DNA from: a virus | Taxonomy: Duplodnaviria; Caudoviricetes | IMG/VR virus record: IMGVR_UViG_3300031555_004297 | Length of the DNA: 64,000 bases | Strand: one strand, 5' to 3' | Shown: in pieces, positions 15,753-26,817 of the stretch | Layout: every line of letters starts with the position of its first letter | Numbering within the stretch: position 1 is the stretch's first letter | Notes under the pieces: model-generated | What the model was told of the DNA's origin: nothing | The model's database searches: none | The model's input: the letters and a program-made list of their open reading frames with translations, nothing else | Translations under genes and position numbers: made by a program

Positions 15753-17081
15753 TTATGACTTTTGCAATCTATTTTCTTTACCAGAAACAGATGTAATACA
15801 ATCGGAAATATATGCATTATCTACATAAATTCCGATATAGGTTCCATTTCCTCTGACAAGATCATTGCTGGTAAATGTCAGGGCTTCCCAATCCATTTTA
15901 CCACGAATGTAATCTGCATCATTATAAAAAACGAATTCGCAGAATATAGATGGTGATAGTCCCTTATTAAGTGTTTCTTTAATGCAAGTTCCAATATCAC
16001 CTTCGAGTAATTCAGATAGATCGATTTCAAGTTTATGCATAATACTATCTGGATCTACATCTTCTTCATAAGTTGTACTAAGCAATAAGGGCCAACCGTA
16101 TCTATTCTCATCAGGAATGGTTGTATTCTTAAACGCATAGCAGGTAGAAACAGGACCATTCGGTTGGAACCAAGCTCCATAGACAGTTTGTAATTCATGC
16201 TTACTTTCAGAATAATAAGCATACATCTTTGGAGCTGGGAATCTTACTTCTGTTGAAAGATCAATGATAAAGTTATTAGACATCTGTCCTTCTCTTTCAC
16301 CATCGTCTGCAGATAAATCGGTTGGTCTAACATGCACATACATATTTCTAAGTCTGAGGAAGAATTCATTCTTTCCATTAAGCGCTCTATATTTATATAA
16401 GAAAGGCAAGCTACTATGCATGTTTAGCCACTTGATAAATGCAGGGATATTTTCGATAGTCTCCTCGGGCCCGTCTGCTGTATCTTTTACAAATGTTTTA
16501 AAACCATTATCTTTAGCCAATTGAATCATGAGCAAATAAGGAATGTGAAAATCCAAATCTACGTCTTCACCACAAGTAAAGCCAACCCTACACGCTAATT
16601 TAATTAGCTTATACATGTCAAGCTGTTGAGCTCTAGTTTCAAGTCTGATTCTAAAATTAAATCCCATCATTAAAGTTTCCATACCAATTCCAAGATGAGA
16701 ATTGGTATCATGACAAGAGAAGAAGGATTCTTTGAATCGTCCAGTCTGTGTATATAGATCCATTCCATATGGATAGGTATCTATATGCTCATTATTGAAA
16801 TCCCAATTAATGGTAGGCACAATAGCCAAAGATGGTTTATCACGCTTAATAAGCTGAAGCTTGTCAAGTGATCTAAAATCATCATATATATTCTTTCCTT
16901 CCACGTAAATACTCTTAAAAGTATCTTTAGGAAATTTAGATAGAAACCAACGTTTCATATATTCAATACAAAGAGAATAAGCTTGTACTGTACTTGGCAC
17001 ACAAATACTTCTATACAAGACTTTAGAATGTTTCTCTTGGAGTTCTTCAATAGAAATTGGAGTAAGGCTATTAAAGTCCAT
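15753..17081 (-). CDS. Conserved jumbo-phage protein, probably virion structural
   Basis: RBS AGGGAGG before ATG 17081; late promoter 17105-17116. Confidence 0.6.
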   Translation of the reverse strand: MDFNSLTPISIEELQEKHSKVLYRSICVPSTVQAYSLCIEYMKRWFLSKFPKDTFKSIYVEGKNIYDDFRSLDKLQLIKRDKPSLAIVPTINWDFNNEHIDTYPYGMDLYTQTGRFKESFFSCHDTNSHLGIGMETLMMGFNFRIRLETRAQQLDMYKLIKLACRVGFTCGEDVDLDFHIPYLLMIQLAKDNGFKTFVKDTADGPEETIENIPAFIKWLNMHSSLPFLYKYRALNGKNEFFLRLRNMYVHVRPTDLSADDGEREGQMSNNFIIDLSTEVRFPAPKMYAYYSESKHELQTVYGAWFQPNGPVSTCYAFKNTTIPDENRYGWPLLLSTTYEEDVDPDSIMHKLEIDLSELLEGDIGTCIKETLNKGLSPSIFCEFVFYNDADYIRGKMDWEALTFTSNDLVRGNGTYIGIYVDNAYISDCITSVSGKENRLQKS

Positions 17082-17183
17082 AGATCTATACCTCCCTTTT
17101 AAATTATCTTTATGTTCAAGGCATATAAATGACAAAAAATAAAGAGAAGAGCCCAAAAGTTCTTCTCTTTATTTATATATAAT

Positions 17184-17567
17184 TTACTCTTTATAAGCAA
17201 ATATCCAATAAGGATATCCTGAACTACAATTGCAACCTTGTAGAATTGCAGTAAGTTTGACCTCCTTGCCGAAATATAGATTTAAAAATCTATTAATATC
17301 TTCGGGAGATCTATTAGAGAATGATTGGCTTTCGAATTTATCTGGCCAAACCGTCGTTGCAGCTTTACCAAATGCATCTCTATTCCATTGCAATAAACGA
17401 TCGCTATAATCCATATTATCGTGATAATCGAAATCTTTAGACTTATAAATAACAAATTCGTCATAGCAATATGGATGATCTATGGGAGTTCGTTTTACAG
17501 GATGACCTTCCAAATCATAATAAATATTATATATCTGGAAATCTTCATCCAAACTTCTATAAGGCAT
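17184..17567 (-). CDS. Hypothetical protein
   Basis: ORF in a tightly packed operon. Confidence 0.7.
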   Translation of the reverse strand: MPYRSLDEDFQIYNIYYDLEGHPVKRTPIDHPYCYDEFVIYKSKDFDYHDNMDYSDRLLQWNRDAFGKAATTVWPDKFESQSFSNRSPEDINRFLNLYFGKEVKLTAILQGCNCSSGYPYWIFAYKE

Positions 17568-17576
17568 CTATATCAC

Positions 17577-17855
17577 CTACACTTTATTTTTATCGACGCC
17601 AATAGCAGCATTCTTTTCAATACCCTGACTAGGAACTGCTAAAGGAATAGGCATAGTGTGATAGGGATTATTGCTTGGCGGATAAGGCGTATAAGGTATA
17701 TATGGTATACTAGATTGTGGTTTCAGGCAGATTGATACCCTAGCCCCAGAATCAAGGTTAATGATAATAGTACTCATATCATCAACACCATTTTCTCTCA
17801 AATGACTATCCAACTCATTGAGAGTCATATCTCTTAAGTCTTTTTTCTTTTCCAT
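17577..17855 (-). CDS. Hypothetical protein with PY-rich segment
   Basis: ORF in operon. Confidence 0.6.
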   Translation of the reverse strand: MEKKKDLRDMTLNELDSHLRENGVDDMSTIIINLDSGARVSICLKPQSSIPYIPYTPYPPSNNPYHTMPIPLAVPSQGIEKNAAIGVDKNKV

Positions 17856-17858
17856 TAT

Positions 17859-18371
17859 TTAATCCTCCGGAATTTCGAAAGTGTGGTCATTGAGTTTGTC
17901 GAAAAGATATTCGCCTTCTCCAAGAGGAATCTCAAATTTCTTATGAGACTGGAGATCGGCGATAAACTTTTCAAAGTTTGCATCAAGTTTCTTAATGAAG
18001 TCCGGAGTATTTCCTCGACCCACATATCGAGAGATATACTCTTCCTTGGCGTCAAGAGCAGGATACGAAACGGCATAGTTAATGCCAAGTTCATCGAGTT
18101 GGTTAAGAACTTCTCTATGGCCACTAATGAGGACATAAAGAAGATCCTTATAATTCTTGAGACCATCGGTCTCAAATGCAAGAGCTCTGATGGCTGAAAT
18201 ATAATTGGCAGGCCATGCAGGATGAAGCTCCTTTACTTCAGCCTTAGGATCAATCCAATGAAAATCAGATGATTCTAAGTCGATTACAATTCCTGGAAGT
18301 AGCTTTGCAGCTGTTGACTTTCCGGTTCCAGGAAATCCGGAAATGATATGAACCTTTCGTTGTGTACTCAT
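17859..18371 (-). CDS. Small P-loop kinase/NTPase
   Basis: IISGFPGTGKS Walker A at the N-terminus. Confidence 0.8.
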   Translation of the reverse strand: MSTQRKVHIISGFPGTGKSTAAKLLPGIVIDLESSDFHWIDPKAEVKELHPAWPANYISAIRALAFETDGLKNYKDLLYVLISGHREVLNQLDELGINYAVSYPALDAKEEYISRYVGRGNTPDFIKKLDANFEKFIADLQSHKKFEIPLGEGEYLFDKLNDHTFEIPED

Positions 18372-18386
18372 TTTGTTCTCCTTAAA

Positions 18387-18623
18387 TTATTCGACTTGGT
18401 AGATTTCTGAGCTGAGGCGAATCTCAGCATAACGAACTTCTTTTCCATTTACTATATCTTGATGCTCATTGAATTCTTGTTCTTCATCCTCTATATAGAT
18501 AAATGGTGTATCAGGACTATTTGGATTTGGCTCAATAGCAACGATTCTTCCATATCGTTCTGCATCCAAATAATCATAATACTTTACTGTCTTGCCTAAA
18601 AATTTTTTATATGGATTATACAT
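18387..18623 (-). CDS. Hypothetical protein
   Basis: RBS AAGGAGG. Confidence 0.7.
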   Translation of the reverse strand: MYNPYKKFLGKTVKYYDYLDAERYGRIVAIEPNPNSPDTPFIYIEDEEQEFNEHQDIVNGKEVRYAEIRLSSEIYQVE

Positions 18624-18641
18624 ATAAACCTCCTTGATTTA

Positions 18642-18920
18642 TTATGTATGGCTTCTCGCTTTCTTCACGGTAGGCGCCATGATAAAGGTGAGAAAAGATC
18701 CCACAATATTACCGATATTGTGAGCTACAAGCTCGATACTATTTACCCCTGTTTTAATACATGTAATGTAATCGGGAATAGAATCGAGTTCTATTCGAAG
18801 ATCGTTATATACATCTTCTGCAAATGCCAACTTGACGGTGTAAGTTCCATCGTCATTAAGGGTCCACTTTTCAGCGGATGGGATGTTTACGGATACCTTG
18901 TTTTCTTTTGTTGCTAACAT
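18642..18920 (-). CDS. Hypothetical protein, weakly similar to the fibre C-terminal domain
   Basis: V.IP..W.....YT..L..ITCIKT....IELVA pattern. Confidence 0.55.
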   Translation of the reverse strand: MLATKENKVSVNIPSAEKWTLNDDGTYTVKLAFAEDVYNDLRIELDSIPDYITCIKTGVNSIELVAHNIGNIVGSFLTFIMAPTVKKARSHT

Positions 18921-19018
18921 GATTTTGATCTCCTATCTTTTTTGTTAAATATTTGAGCATATATTAGCTGATGCTCATGATTATAATATATGCCCAAATA
19001 TTAATAGATTTACAAAGT

Positions 19019-19744
19019 TCAAAAATCATTAGCAATTGTTAATGATATCCTCACATACTCGCGATCTTTAGGAAGATCATAAGCTTCAATAAGAATATAT
19101 TCGTCCATAGGCACTATGCAGTGAATAAAGTCTTCAACCTTAGAAGTATATCTATAAGATATCTCTGTATTGATATCTACTCGAGAATGAGCAATCGTGA
19201 ATTTGCATTTACACTTCTCTAGTTTATTATCATATTCCTTTTCCCAACAATTTGGATGAGTAGGGAGGATGATATCAAAAGTTTCTACATCGCAATCATC
19301 AATATTACGACAAGGTCCATAAAATGTTTTATCAGCTTCTTGATTCTCATCAGCCTTTACATATGGAGATGCTAGTTCAAATCCAAGCTTTATATAATCA
19401 TTGATTATATTTCTAGGATCACATGCAAACCAAAGTCTTACATACTTATCATGGCAATGCATAGCAAAGAATACATCATCATTGCCAAATCCAGAAGAAA
19501 TGGGTTCATTGAACTCTATGTTATTTCCATATGAAGTTCTAATGATGCATGAACTTTCAGTTGACTCTTCTACTGGAACATCAGTATACCATGCTTTGAC
19601 AGCCTCGTTATATTCACCAAATAAAATGGTTTTACCAATATACTTATCATAAGGCCTAATCATAACCTTCTTCAATTCTAATACACTTCCGCTAAGTGTA
19701 TAAAGTACCTTTTCTTCAAATTCTGGTTTTATATTGTTCATCAT
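19019..19744 (-). CDS. Hypothetical protein
   Basis: Overlapping operon ORF. Confidence 0.65.
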   Translation of the reverse strand: MMNNIKPEFEEKVLYTLSGSVLELKKVMIRPYDKYIGKTILFGEYNEAVKAWYTDVPVEESTESSCIIRTSYGNNIEFNEPISSGFGNDDVFFAMHCHDKYVRLWFACDPRNIINDYIKLGFELASPYVKADENQEADKTFYGPCRNIDDCDVETFDIILPTHPNCWEKEYDNKLEKCKCKFTIAHSRVDINTEISYRYTSKVEDFIHCIVPMDEYILIEAYDLPKDREYVRISLTIANDF

Positions 19745-20192
19745 ATTTCATCCTTCCTTCGAATGTGATACGTGCTAAAGTATTTACAGAAGGTTTGGTT
19801 GCAACTTCAATACTTAGCATATTATGACTATAATTGCAGTGCATTCTATTAAATCGTCTTATATCAGCTTCTGTGTAAGTGATATGTAAATCATTTAAAT
19901 CTAGAATAGACATAATTGGATCAAGCTTGTAATAGATAGTGCTGCCCTGCTCAGGATAGCCATTGTCATTCCAAGCTTTGTTATTACGCTCTGGAAGCAT
20001 TACTTCTAGTGTAACATTGTCAATTCTAAAGCTATCATTAAACGTAAAAGTATAATGGCGAGGAAATATTTCACCCATACGTTTAATATTAATAAGAATT
20101 AAATTATCACTATGAAATTCAATATTGAAAAAATCGCATTCTTCACTATTCATAGCTGCAATGGCGTCTAATATACAACTTGGTATTTTCAT
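19716..20192 (-). CDS. Hypothetical protein
   Basis: ATGA overlap with upstream ORF. Confidence 0.65.
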   Translation of the reverse strand: MKIPSCILDAIAAMNSEECDFFNIEFHSDNLILINIKRMGEIFPRHYTFTFNDSFRIDNVTLEVMLPERNNKAWNDNGYPEQGSTIYYKLDPIMSILDLNDLHITYTEADIRRFNRMHCNYSHNMLSIEVATKPSVNTLARITFEGRMKYDEQYKTRI

Positions 20193-20986
20193 TGTTGCTC
20201 CTTTCTATAGCAAATCGTAAAAGTTCCGGCTCTTGGCGGCTTCATTTCTTTAAAGCGAATACGACATATATTGCCTTTTATATTGGCCTTGCTTATCTTT
20301 ACACCATCTCTAGTAAAATAAGCATCCTCAATTATTATAGGTTCATTTGATAGAATGCTATGTATATACTCATAAACCATATAAGACTCTTTAGACGCAG
20401 CATCTGTCTCAACAAATTTATTCCAGTCTTTCCTATGAACAGTAAAAGTGTTAATCTGCAAAGGCGATTCTGTTTTCTTCATATTTGATACGAATTCTTC
20501 ATATTCCCAATCAGAAATAACTAAATTAGTATAACAATTCAATTCTAATTGTATCTGAGGAATAGTCTCTAAGCGTTCAATCTCAGTATAATCTCTTAAC
20601 TGAAGATGTATAGTAACCATTCTCCTATCATGATTATCACAATCAATTGGTTCATTTTTAATAATGCTTATAATAATATCTTTATTATAATCATCAGGAT
20701 CTTTGTATGTATCATGAAGTAAACTAATTATATCACCATATGGAGTATGTACTTCATATGATGCTTCATAAACAACACCATTATCTCTGATAGTTTTACT
20801 AGTTTTTATATCAGCAATTGCAATACTGATTTTCTTCCACTGAAGATGAGGGAGAGTAATGAGTTTCTTGCAATTAACGGAATAGCATCCATCATCCCAT
20901 AGTTTAACAGAAGATCTGTATCCAGGTTTAACTATTCCTTTAGTATTTCTTAATCTGAATAAAAGTTTGCATAAATCTGTTTTCAT
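20189..20986 (-). CDS. Hypothetical protein
   Basis: RBS GAGGAG. Confidence 0.65.
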   Translation of the reverse strand: MKTDLCKLLFRLRNTKGIVKPGYRSSVKLWDDGCYSVNCKKLITLPHLQWKKISIAIADIKTSKTIRDNGVVYEASYEVHTPYGDIISLLHDTYKDPDDYNKDIIISIIKNEPIDCDNHDRRMVTIHLQLRDYTEIERLETIPQIQLELNCYTNLVISDWEYEEFVSNMKKTESPLQINTFTVHRKDWNKFVETDAASKESYMVYEYIHSILSNEPIIIEDAYFTRDGVKISKANIKGNICRIRFKEMKPPRAGTFTICYRKEQQ

Positions 20987-20987
20987 T

Positions 20988-21641
20988 TTAATTCTCCTCG
21001 TATAATTCTTTGATCATCGCTATATCGGTTCTACACACATATCGTCTATGCCCTTCGTCTGTAATATACGATGTACCGATACTTACCGTGGCTTTCTCGA
21101 CATTATCTTCTTGAATCTTAAATGAGATATTATCCAGCTTGTATTTTCTTATAATATCTTTAATTTCGTTAAACGCAAGCTCAATATCAGCATGCGCTTT
21201 ATCTTCTTTAGAGGAAGTAGACTCATTTTTCTCCTTGCAATTATCTCTTATAAGTATAATATCAACTGCTTCAGGAATACTGTAGAATTTACCACTCGGA
21301 ATAGAGATCTTGATCTTATTAGTACCTTTAAGAATACCCATACTAAGATAACCAAGTTCTCTAGATCCATGTTTATTTATCAACATATCAGGACTAATAT
21401 GAGCTTTATCTATCCTGTCAAGATATCTCGATTCTGCAATAGTATATTTGACACCATGCATAAGATCATCTCTCCAATCAAGTTTATTGATATAGAATCT
21501 TTCTTCGACAACAGTTTCCTTTTCGTCTCTATCATCGATCATGGTGAATTCAAGCTTATCGCCTTCGTTCAAAATAATACGTTTCCCATTAGGAAGTTTC
21601 AAATCGGTCTTATAACCAATATCAAGTGCATAGCTGTTCAT
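20988..21641 (-). CDS. Hypothetical protein
   Basis: RBS AAGGAG; early motif at 21713. Confidence 0.7.
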   Translation of the reverse strand: MNSYALDIGYKTDLKLPNGKRIILNEGDKLEFTMIDDRDEKETVVEERFYINKLDWRDDLMHGVKYTIAESRYLDRIDKAHISPDMLINKHGSRELGYLSMGILKGTNKIKISIPSGKFYSIPEAVDIILIRDNCKEKNESTSSKEDKAHADIELAFNEIKDIIRKYKLDNISFKIQEDNVEKATVSIGTSYITDEGHRRYVCRTDIAMIKELYEEN

Positions 21642-21782
21642 AATTTCATTCTCCTTTTATTATGATTATTAATATTAAGTAAAAGCTTCTGTATAAGCCT
21701 ACTTCTATGATTATAATATATCACTAAAATAAAAATTATAAAAAATAAAGACAGCTGGGTTTCAGCTGTCTTTATTATTAGA

Positions 21783-22193
21783 TTATTTAAGTCTAAAAGT
21801 AGTATGTTTAGTTTCTTTAGAATTCTTATCGATATTACCATTTTCATCTTCAAAAACTAAAACTACAGAAATATGGCCAAGATTATAATTTTTTCCAGAA
21901 ACACGATATCGGATTTTTCCGCCAATGCATCGACTTCCGGAAATAGCATTTAAAATATCCTGTTTTAATCCACCTATAGTTTTCTTTTCATAATTTTTAT
22001 ATTCATCTTGATCATATAGATTAATATCCGAAGGACCTTCTAATGCTGTAGATGAATCAATAAAGTATTCGCCTGTTTTAGTAGGCCCATAAACCCAAAT
22101 ATGGGAGTCTATGATTTTGTCCTCTAATACATGTCTTTTTACAGTTTCAAATACACTAATGGTTACAGGATTTGTTTTTTCTTTAGTGTTCAT
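21783..22193 (-). CDS. Hypothetical protein
   Basis: RBS AAGGAG. Confidence 0.65.
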   Translation of the reverse strand: MNTKEKTNPVTISVFETVKRHVLEDKIIDSHIWVYGPTKTGEYFIDSSTALEGPSDINLYDQDEYKNYEKKTIGGLKQDILNAISGSRCIGGKIRYRVSGKNYNLGHISVVLVFEDENGNIDKNSKETKHTTFRLK

Positions 22194-22254
22194 ATCTTTT
22201 CTCCTTTTTACTAAATAAAATTCCCTTTAGGCATAATGCCTAAAGGGATAATAG

Positions 22255-22482
22255 TTAAGCTTGAAGTGTTCTAATACGCTCAATCTGATCTGGTGTATAA
22301 TGAGCTCTACTTAATTGCACAAGAGTATTCATATTGATAATACTATCCCTCTTATGATTGTAAGAGTTATTAAACATTCCATCATTCTTAGAAATATACA
22401 TAGAATTTCTAGGATTGAATACGTATTCGGCTGCTTCTTGAAAATCTTTATTAATGATTAAAAGGATATTGAGAGTGTCACC
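22255..22482 (-). CDS. RNAP beta' N-half, exon 2 (GDTLNILLIINKDF...)
   Basis: Joined to exon 1 it restores the catalytic AADFD-GD motif; spliced product 498 aa. Confidence 0.88.
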   Translation of the reverse strand, partial: GDTLNILLIINKDFQEAAEYVFNPRNSMYISKNDGMFNNSYNHKRDSIINMNTLVQLSRAHYTPDQIERIRTLQA

Positions 22483-23397
22483 CATTACCTTCACATTGAC
22501 TCGCAGCATCAATGCCGTTCTCTTACAAACTGCTGCATGTTTCCATACAGATGAGACTATATCATTCTCTGATTTCTCAGAGCGTAGCATTTCGATTTAA
22601 TAGGTCTTAATGTGTTTTCCATCACTGCCTAACCCCATTGGCTTGGGCTCTACGTCCTTACGGACTAGTCGTTGAACCAAGAATTTTAATAATTATATTC
22701 TCTCGTTATATGAGACCGAGTTTTTCTATGATAAAGTTTATATATAAAACTACCAATTGTGTTTCCACTATCAGGGAACTTAATTTGATATTCTTTATAT
22801 ACTTCTAGATATGGCACGCCATCTGCAAATTTTTGACAAATTTCTCTTGCAAAATTATCTGTATAGACGGCATTATATCTATCTTCTCCGTGCTCATATA
22901 ATCCTGTTTCCGAAGCATGGTGTTTATTCTGATTATTATTACACCATTCAAGATTATTATACCAATTCTTTGCTTTATTGCCATCAAGATGATTTACATC
23001 ATTATATTCATCTGGATTTAGATTTACAATAAACGTATAGGCAACCAATCGATGCACTGAAAAGTTTCTCGGTCCTCTAGGTGTGACTAAGCAAATTCTT
23101 TTATAGCCAGCCCAGTTTGTGTCCTGTTTCATAACACGTTGTTTCTCAATGCTATATATGTCGCCATAAGGATTTATTAAGTATCTTCCGGGTAATATAT
23201 CTTCATATACCAGAGGTACATATGAAAAATCTGGTTTCAAAGCATTAGTATAAAATATCATTGGATGAAAAGTAGTATCCATTTCATCACTCCTTTATTT
23301 TTTTATTTTCTTGGCTGCTGATTACCATTTTACAGGCTCCCAGCAATTAACTACATTTGGCATATATAGATCGCTCTATATACGGACAGTTAATTCT
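22483..23397 (-). mobile_element. Group I intron (915 nt) in the RNAP catalytic motif, encoding an HNH endonuclease
   Basis: 5' exon ends in U, intron ends in G; P AATTGCTGGGA, Q AATCAGCAG, R GTTCAACGACTA, S ATGATATAGTCT (P7 GACTA/TAGTC). Confidence 0.92.
22686..23282 (-). CDS. Intron-encoded HNH homing endonuclease
   Basis: SVHRLVAYTFI...VNHLDGNKAKNWYNNLEWCNNNQNKHH; lies between Q and R. Confidence 0.92.
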   Translation of the reverse strand: MDTTFHPMIFYTNALKPDFSYVPLVYEDILPGRYLINPYGDIYSIEKQRVMKQDTNWAGYKRICLVTPRGPRNFSVHRLVAYTFIVNLNPDEYNDVNHLDGNKAKNWYNNLEWCNNNQNKHHASETGLYEHGEDRYNAVYTDNFAREICQKFADGVPYLEVYKEYQIKFPDSGNTIGSFIYKLYHRKTRSHITREYNY

Positions 23398-24666
23398 ATC
23401 AAAATCTGCTGCTAATCCTTCAAGGATCTGTAAGTTAAGCAACATCGTATATCCCTCAGATATGCCACTGCAATATACTTGAAGTATACCGCCATATGAG
23501 ATTGTTGGATTACGGTTGATTAACAGAGGAATCCCTCTAGGATAAGAGCTGATAATTCCCTCGATAATCTGTCTAATCATTTTATTTTCATGATGCATAG
23601 ACTCCATAAGAAGCTTATATGCATCATTATACTTCATAAAATATGACTTATGAAGTATATTAATAATTCTCTGTTGCAAAAGACCGCAGAGACAGGGATA
23701 ACTCAACCAGACCTCATCAATTCTAAGATCAGGCCCAGGAGCTATAACCGATCTAGCAGTGAAGTTATATCTACCGCCAAAGAGCTGTCTAATCGACCCC
23801 TTCTTTCCTGAGATAATCTTAGTGATTTCTCCATAAAGCTCTTTATACTTCATTTGAAGATTAAAGAGCAACTGATTCTTTGGCTTTCTAGCTCTATTCA
23901 TCTGAGTTTTATCATCATTGATTTTAGAAGCAAGATTTGCAATCATATTATAGATTGCATTTGTGCCTTCGAAATGGAATACACCGCCATCAAGACGAGA
24001 AGGTCTCAAATGAATTGTAAAAACAGGAATAGACTGAATGAATACCTTGTCCTTGTCGGCCATGATACTATCATAATAGTCTTTCTTTCCAGGCTTCTTT
24101 ACTCTATAAAATTCCATGACTTCATCAAATCTGTCATGGAAATCGATCATTCCGATTCCACGGAATGGTTCATCTTTGGGTCTTTTGATTTCTATATCAT
24201 GTCCATCTTCATCTTTTCTATCATCTGGCGTGATGATAGCCATAAAGTCTTTCTCGCCAATAAAGAAGGCAAGAGACATAAAGAGATTAGGGTGAATGAT
24301 ATAGTAAGGATCTTTGAGACAAATATAGCCAAACATGCTAAAATTGTCATCTCTGAATTGTACTTTTTCACCACAGACTTCGCAAACAAGTCCATGATAG
24401 AAACGCTGTGTTTTGTGTCCGCATTTGCAACGATATCTGTTTCCAAAAGCATTGGCATCTTGAAGGCCAGGGCCATACTTTGTAGAAAAGATTCCATTCG
24501 GATTCTTGATATCATCCTTCAATGCTTTAGGCGAATCGATGATAAATCCATTACCAGAAAGCACATCGTGCCTTCTTTCAGTATCAAGATTTACTCGTTC
24601 GAGTCTGGTTTGATATTCAAATTCATCTGAAGGATCAAATCTTGTATTTACTTTCATTTGTGGCAT
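23398..24666 (-). CDS. RNAP beta' N-half, exon 1 (probably non-virion RNAP)
   Basis: Zn finger CKC..CEVC; GKKGSIRQLFGGRYNFTARSVI; LINRNPTI; ends AADFD. Confidence 0.9.
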
Positions 24667-24727
24667 ATTATTGGCACCTCCTTATTAATAAATAGTTTTC
24701 GAGAGCATAAAAGTGTACCTTGTATGA

Positions 24728-24997
24728 CTACTCTCCTACTACTATATAGAGAAATTTCTTTCCCCATTTAATATTGATGCAATCTAGTTTGTGTAAAGAG
24801 ATACAAAGTTCTGGCTTATTTCTTTTAACCTCTCCAGTAGACTGTACAATGCCAGCTTCTTTCATAATAGCCGGGAGATATCGTGTTTCTGTAAAAAGAG
24901 TTTTCTCCTTTTCATTTTCCTCCCAATCTCTATCATCAAGAGCTATTAATCCTTTAAAGTCGCATATTGGTTTTCCTATCACTACATTCTGAAACAT
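24728..24997 (-). CDS. Small protein with S4-like motif
   Basis: LPAIMKEAGIVQSTGEVKRN resembles an S4 RNA-binding helix pair. Confidence 0.5.
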   Translation of the reverse strand: MFQNVVIGKPICDFKGLIALDDRDWEENEKEKTLFTETRYLPAIMKEAGIVQSTGEVKRNKPELCISLHKLDCINIKWGKKFLYIVVGE

Positions 24998-25008
24998 AGA
25001 GTATCTCC

Positions 25009-25518
25009 TTATTCTTCAGAAGGTTTAAACCCATTAGCTTTCCACTTATTCCAGTTTTCATTGACCATCTCAAGATGATAGTTAATTAACCCAACTGCTT
25101 TATCAGCAATATAATTATAGACTTTTATAATCATATCCTTATCTCCATAATCCATATTGATAAGACGATTATAAACAAATTCTTGATATTTATCATTAAA
25201 TGCAAATTCTTCAGCAACTTCGTCAAAACAAGACATATCAATCTTATCGCCATTTGCTGTAAGCTTAATAATGTCTTCAATATTGATATATGCGACTACT
25301 GGATTATCTACTTCCATATTACAATAAGGACCACCAATAGGCATCAAAGAAAGGGTGATATTAAATTCCTTTGTAATCTTTTCTGTTATTGCAGCAATAT
25401 ACAAAGCATTGGTGTTTCCAACACCAGCAATATCACCAAATGAAAATGTTTTTACAACAATTTTATTAGTTCGAGGATCTCTATAAATACTTTGATAAAA
25501 ATCATTCTTTTTGTTCAT
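25009..25518 (-). CDS. Hypothetical protein
   Basis: GAGGAGG before ATG 25518. Confidence 0.65.
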   Translation of the reverse strand: MNKKNDFYQSIYRDPRTNKIVVKTFSFGDIAGVGNTNALYIAAITEKITKEFNITLSLMPIGGPYCNMEVDNPVVAYINIEDIIKLTANGDKIDMSCFDEVAEEFAFNDKYQEFVYNRLINMDYGDKDMIIKVYNYIADKAVGLINYHLEMVNENWNKWKANGFKPSEE

Positions 25519-25849
25519 TCTTAGCCTCCTCAGCCTCTGCAATTGCTCTCTCAGCAATCTCAATATCAGCTTGCTCCATAGAAAGAACTCCAGCCAAAGA
25601 TCCGATAACTTTATCTACAACTTTGTCTGCCTGATGGAGAAGCACATTCTTTACAACCTGACCTGCACCGGAGAAAGTTCCCTTGAGTCTATCTGCACCC
25701 TCGATCACTTTCTCCACAGGTCGCACGTTTTCATACTTTTGATCATTTTCAGTAAGATAATGCAACAGTGCTGCATCATTCTCTTGGTCGAAATCCCTAT
25801 TCAACTGAATAAGGCCTCTTCTGCTCAAATCTTCATAACTTTTGCTCAT
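25502..25849 (-). CDS. Hypothetical protein
   Basis: RBS AAGGAG. Confidence 0.7.
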   Translation of the reverse strand: MSKSYEDLSRRGLIQLNRDFDQENDAALLHYLTENDQKYENVRPVEKVIEGADRLKGTFSGAGQVVKNVLLHQADKVVDKVIGSLAGVLSMEQADIEIAERAIAEAEEAKNEQKE

Positions 25850-25983
25850 TTTTGTTTTCTCCTTTTAATAAAAATAAATTTAGTTTCATAAATTCTTGAA
25901 ACGAAAGCTCCGCCTACTAATTTTCAGCAGAGCTTTCGACCTTTCAAGTCATAAATATAATATATGACTCTAAGGATTTTTAA

Positions 25984-26733
25984 TTAAAGTTTACTAGAAG
26001 TCCTATTGTCTTCCAAATCCATAGGCTTTTCCTCGCCCGTAATTTCATATTTTTCTTCAGGAGTAAGCTCATAGTTAAACTTCTTAGGAAGTTTAAAAAA
26101 CCACTCTTCAACATAATCTTCGAACTTGAGTTCTACGCCATTAATATTATTATCTCGCAAACAGAGGCGTGTAATAAATCTTAGCAAGCTTCTGGAGTGC
26201 TCATTTCTGTAGACAAATGCACAGCTATTTTCGAACTGACAATAATTATTAATGTCTACAAAACCAGCTTCCTCGAGGTCAATAACTTCTTCTACAAAAG
26301 AAGTATTTTGGAAGATGATGGCTTCTTTTTCAGAACTGGCTTTGATATATAACTGAGTTGCAATAAGCATATCAGAGTGCGCTTCTGCAAACTCGCGTAA
26401 TGCGAAATTAGCATTATCGGATCTTTCGTCGGGGGTAAGATCAGTAGTAATATCCGTAATGATAAGAATCTTATCAATTTTAGGATTGGTAACGTCAAGA
26501 ATACCAAAGATATCTCTGGAGAGGAATCTCAGTTTCTCATATTCTTTCTTAGGCTCAATATAATACTCGAACCTAAATTCACCATACTCTTCGATAGTTG
26601 TTTCTGGATACACTAGGCATCCTTTTTCATTCATGGTGCAGCCCTTTGGTTCATCAACAGGAACAGACTCGATCTTTCCTTCTGCTTCAAGTTTATCCAG
26701 TGCATTCAGCACTTTTGATTCAAACTTATCCAT
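25984..26733 (-). CDS. Hypothetical protein
   Basis: RBS AAGGAG; early motif at 26794. Confidence 0.7.
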   Translation of the reverse strand: MDKFESKVLNALDKLEAEGKIESVPVDEPKGCTMNEKGCLVYPETTIEEYGEFRFEYYIEPKKEYEKLRFLSRDIFGILDVTNPKIDKILIITDITTDLTPDERSDNANFALREFAEAHSDMLIATQLYIKASSEKEAIIFQNTSFVEEVIDLEEAGFVDINNYCQFENSCAFVYRNEHSRSLLRFITRLCLRDNNINGVELKFEDYVEEWFFKLPKKFNYELTPEEKYEITGEEKPMDLEDNRTSSKL

Positions 26734-26817
26734 ATTTCATTCTCCTTTAAAATGTATTAGAGAAGCAGAAATTAATCTGCTTCTCTTAATATAATAATAT
26801 ATGTTTATATTTTATTT

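Noticed and set aside
23347-23397. C-terminus RINCPYIERSIYAKCS of the beta' ORF, and the N-terminus of ORF 22255-22590
   Set aside because: Both are read-through into intron sequence
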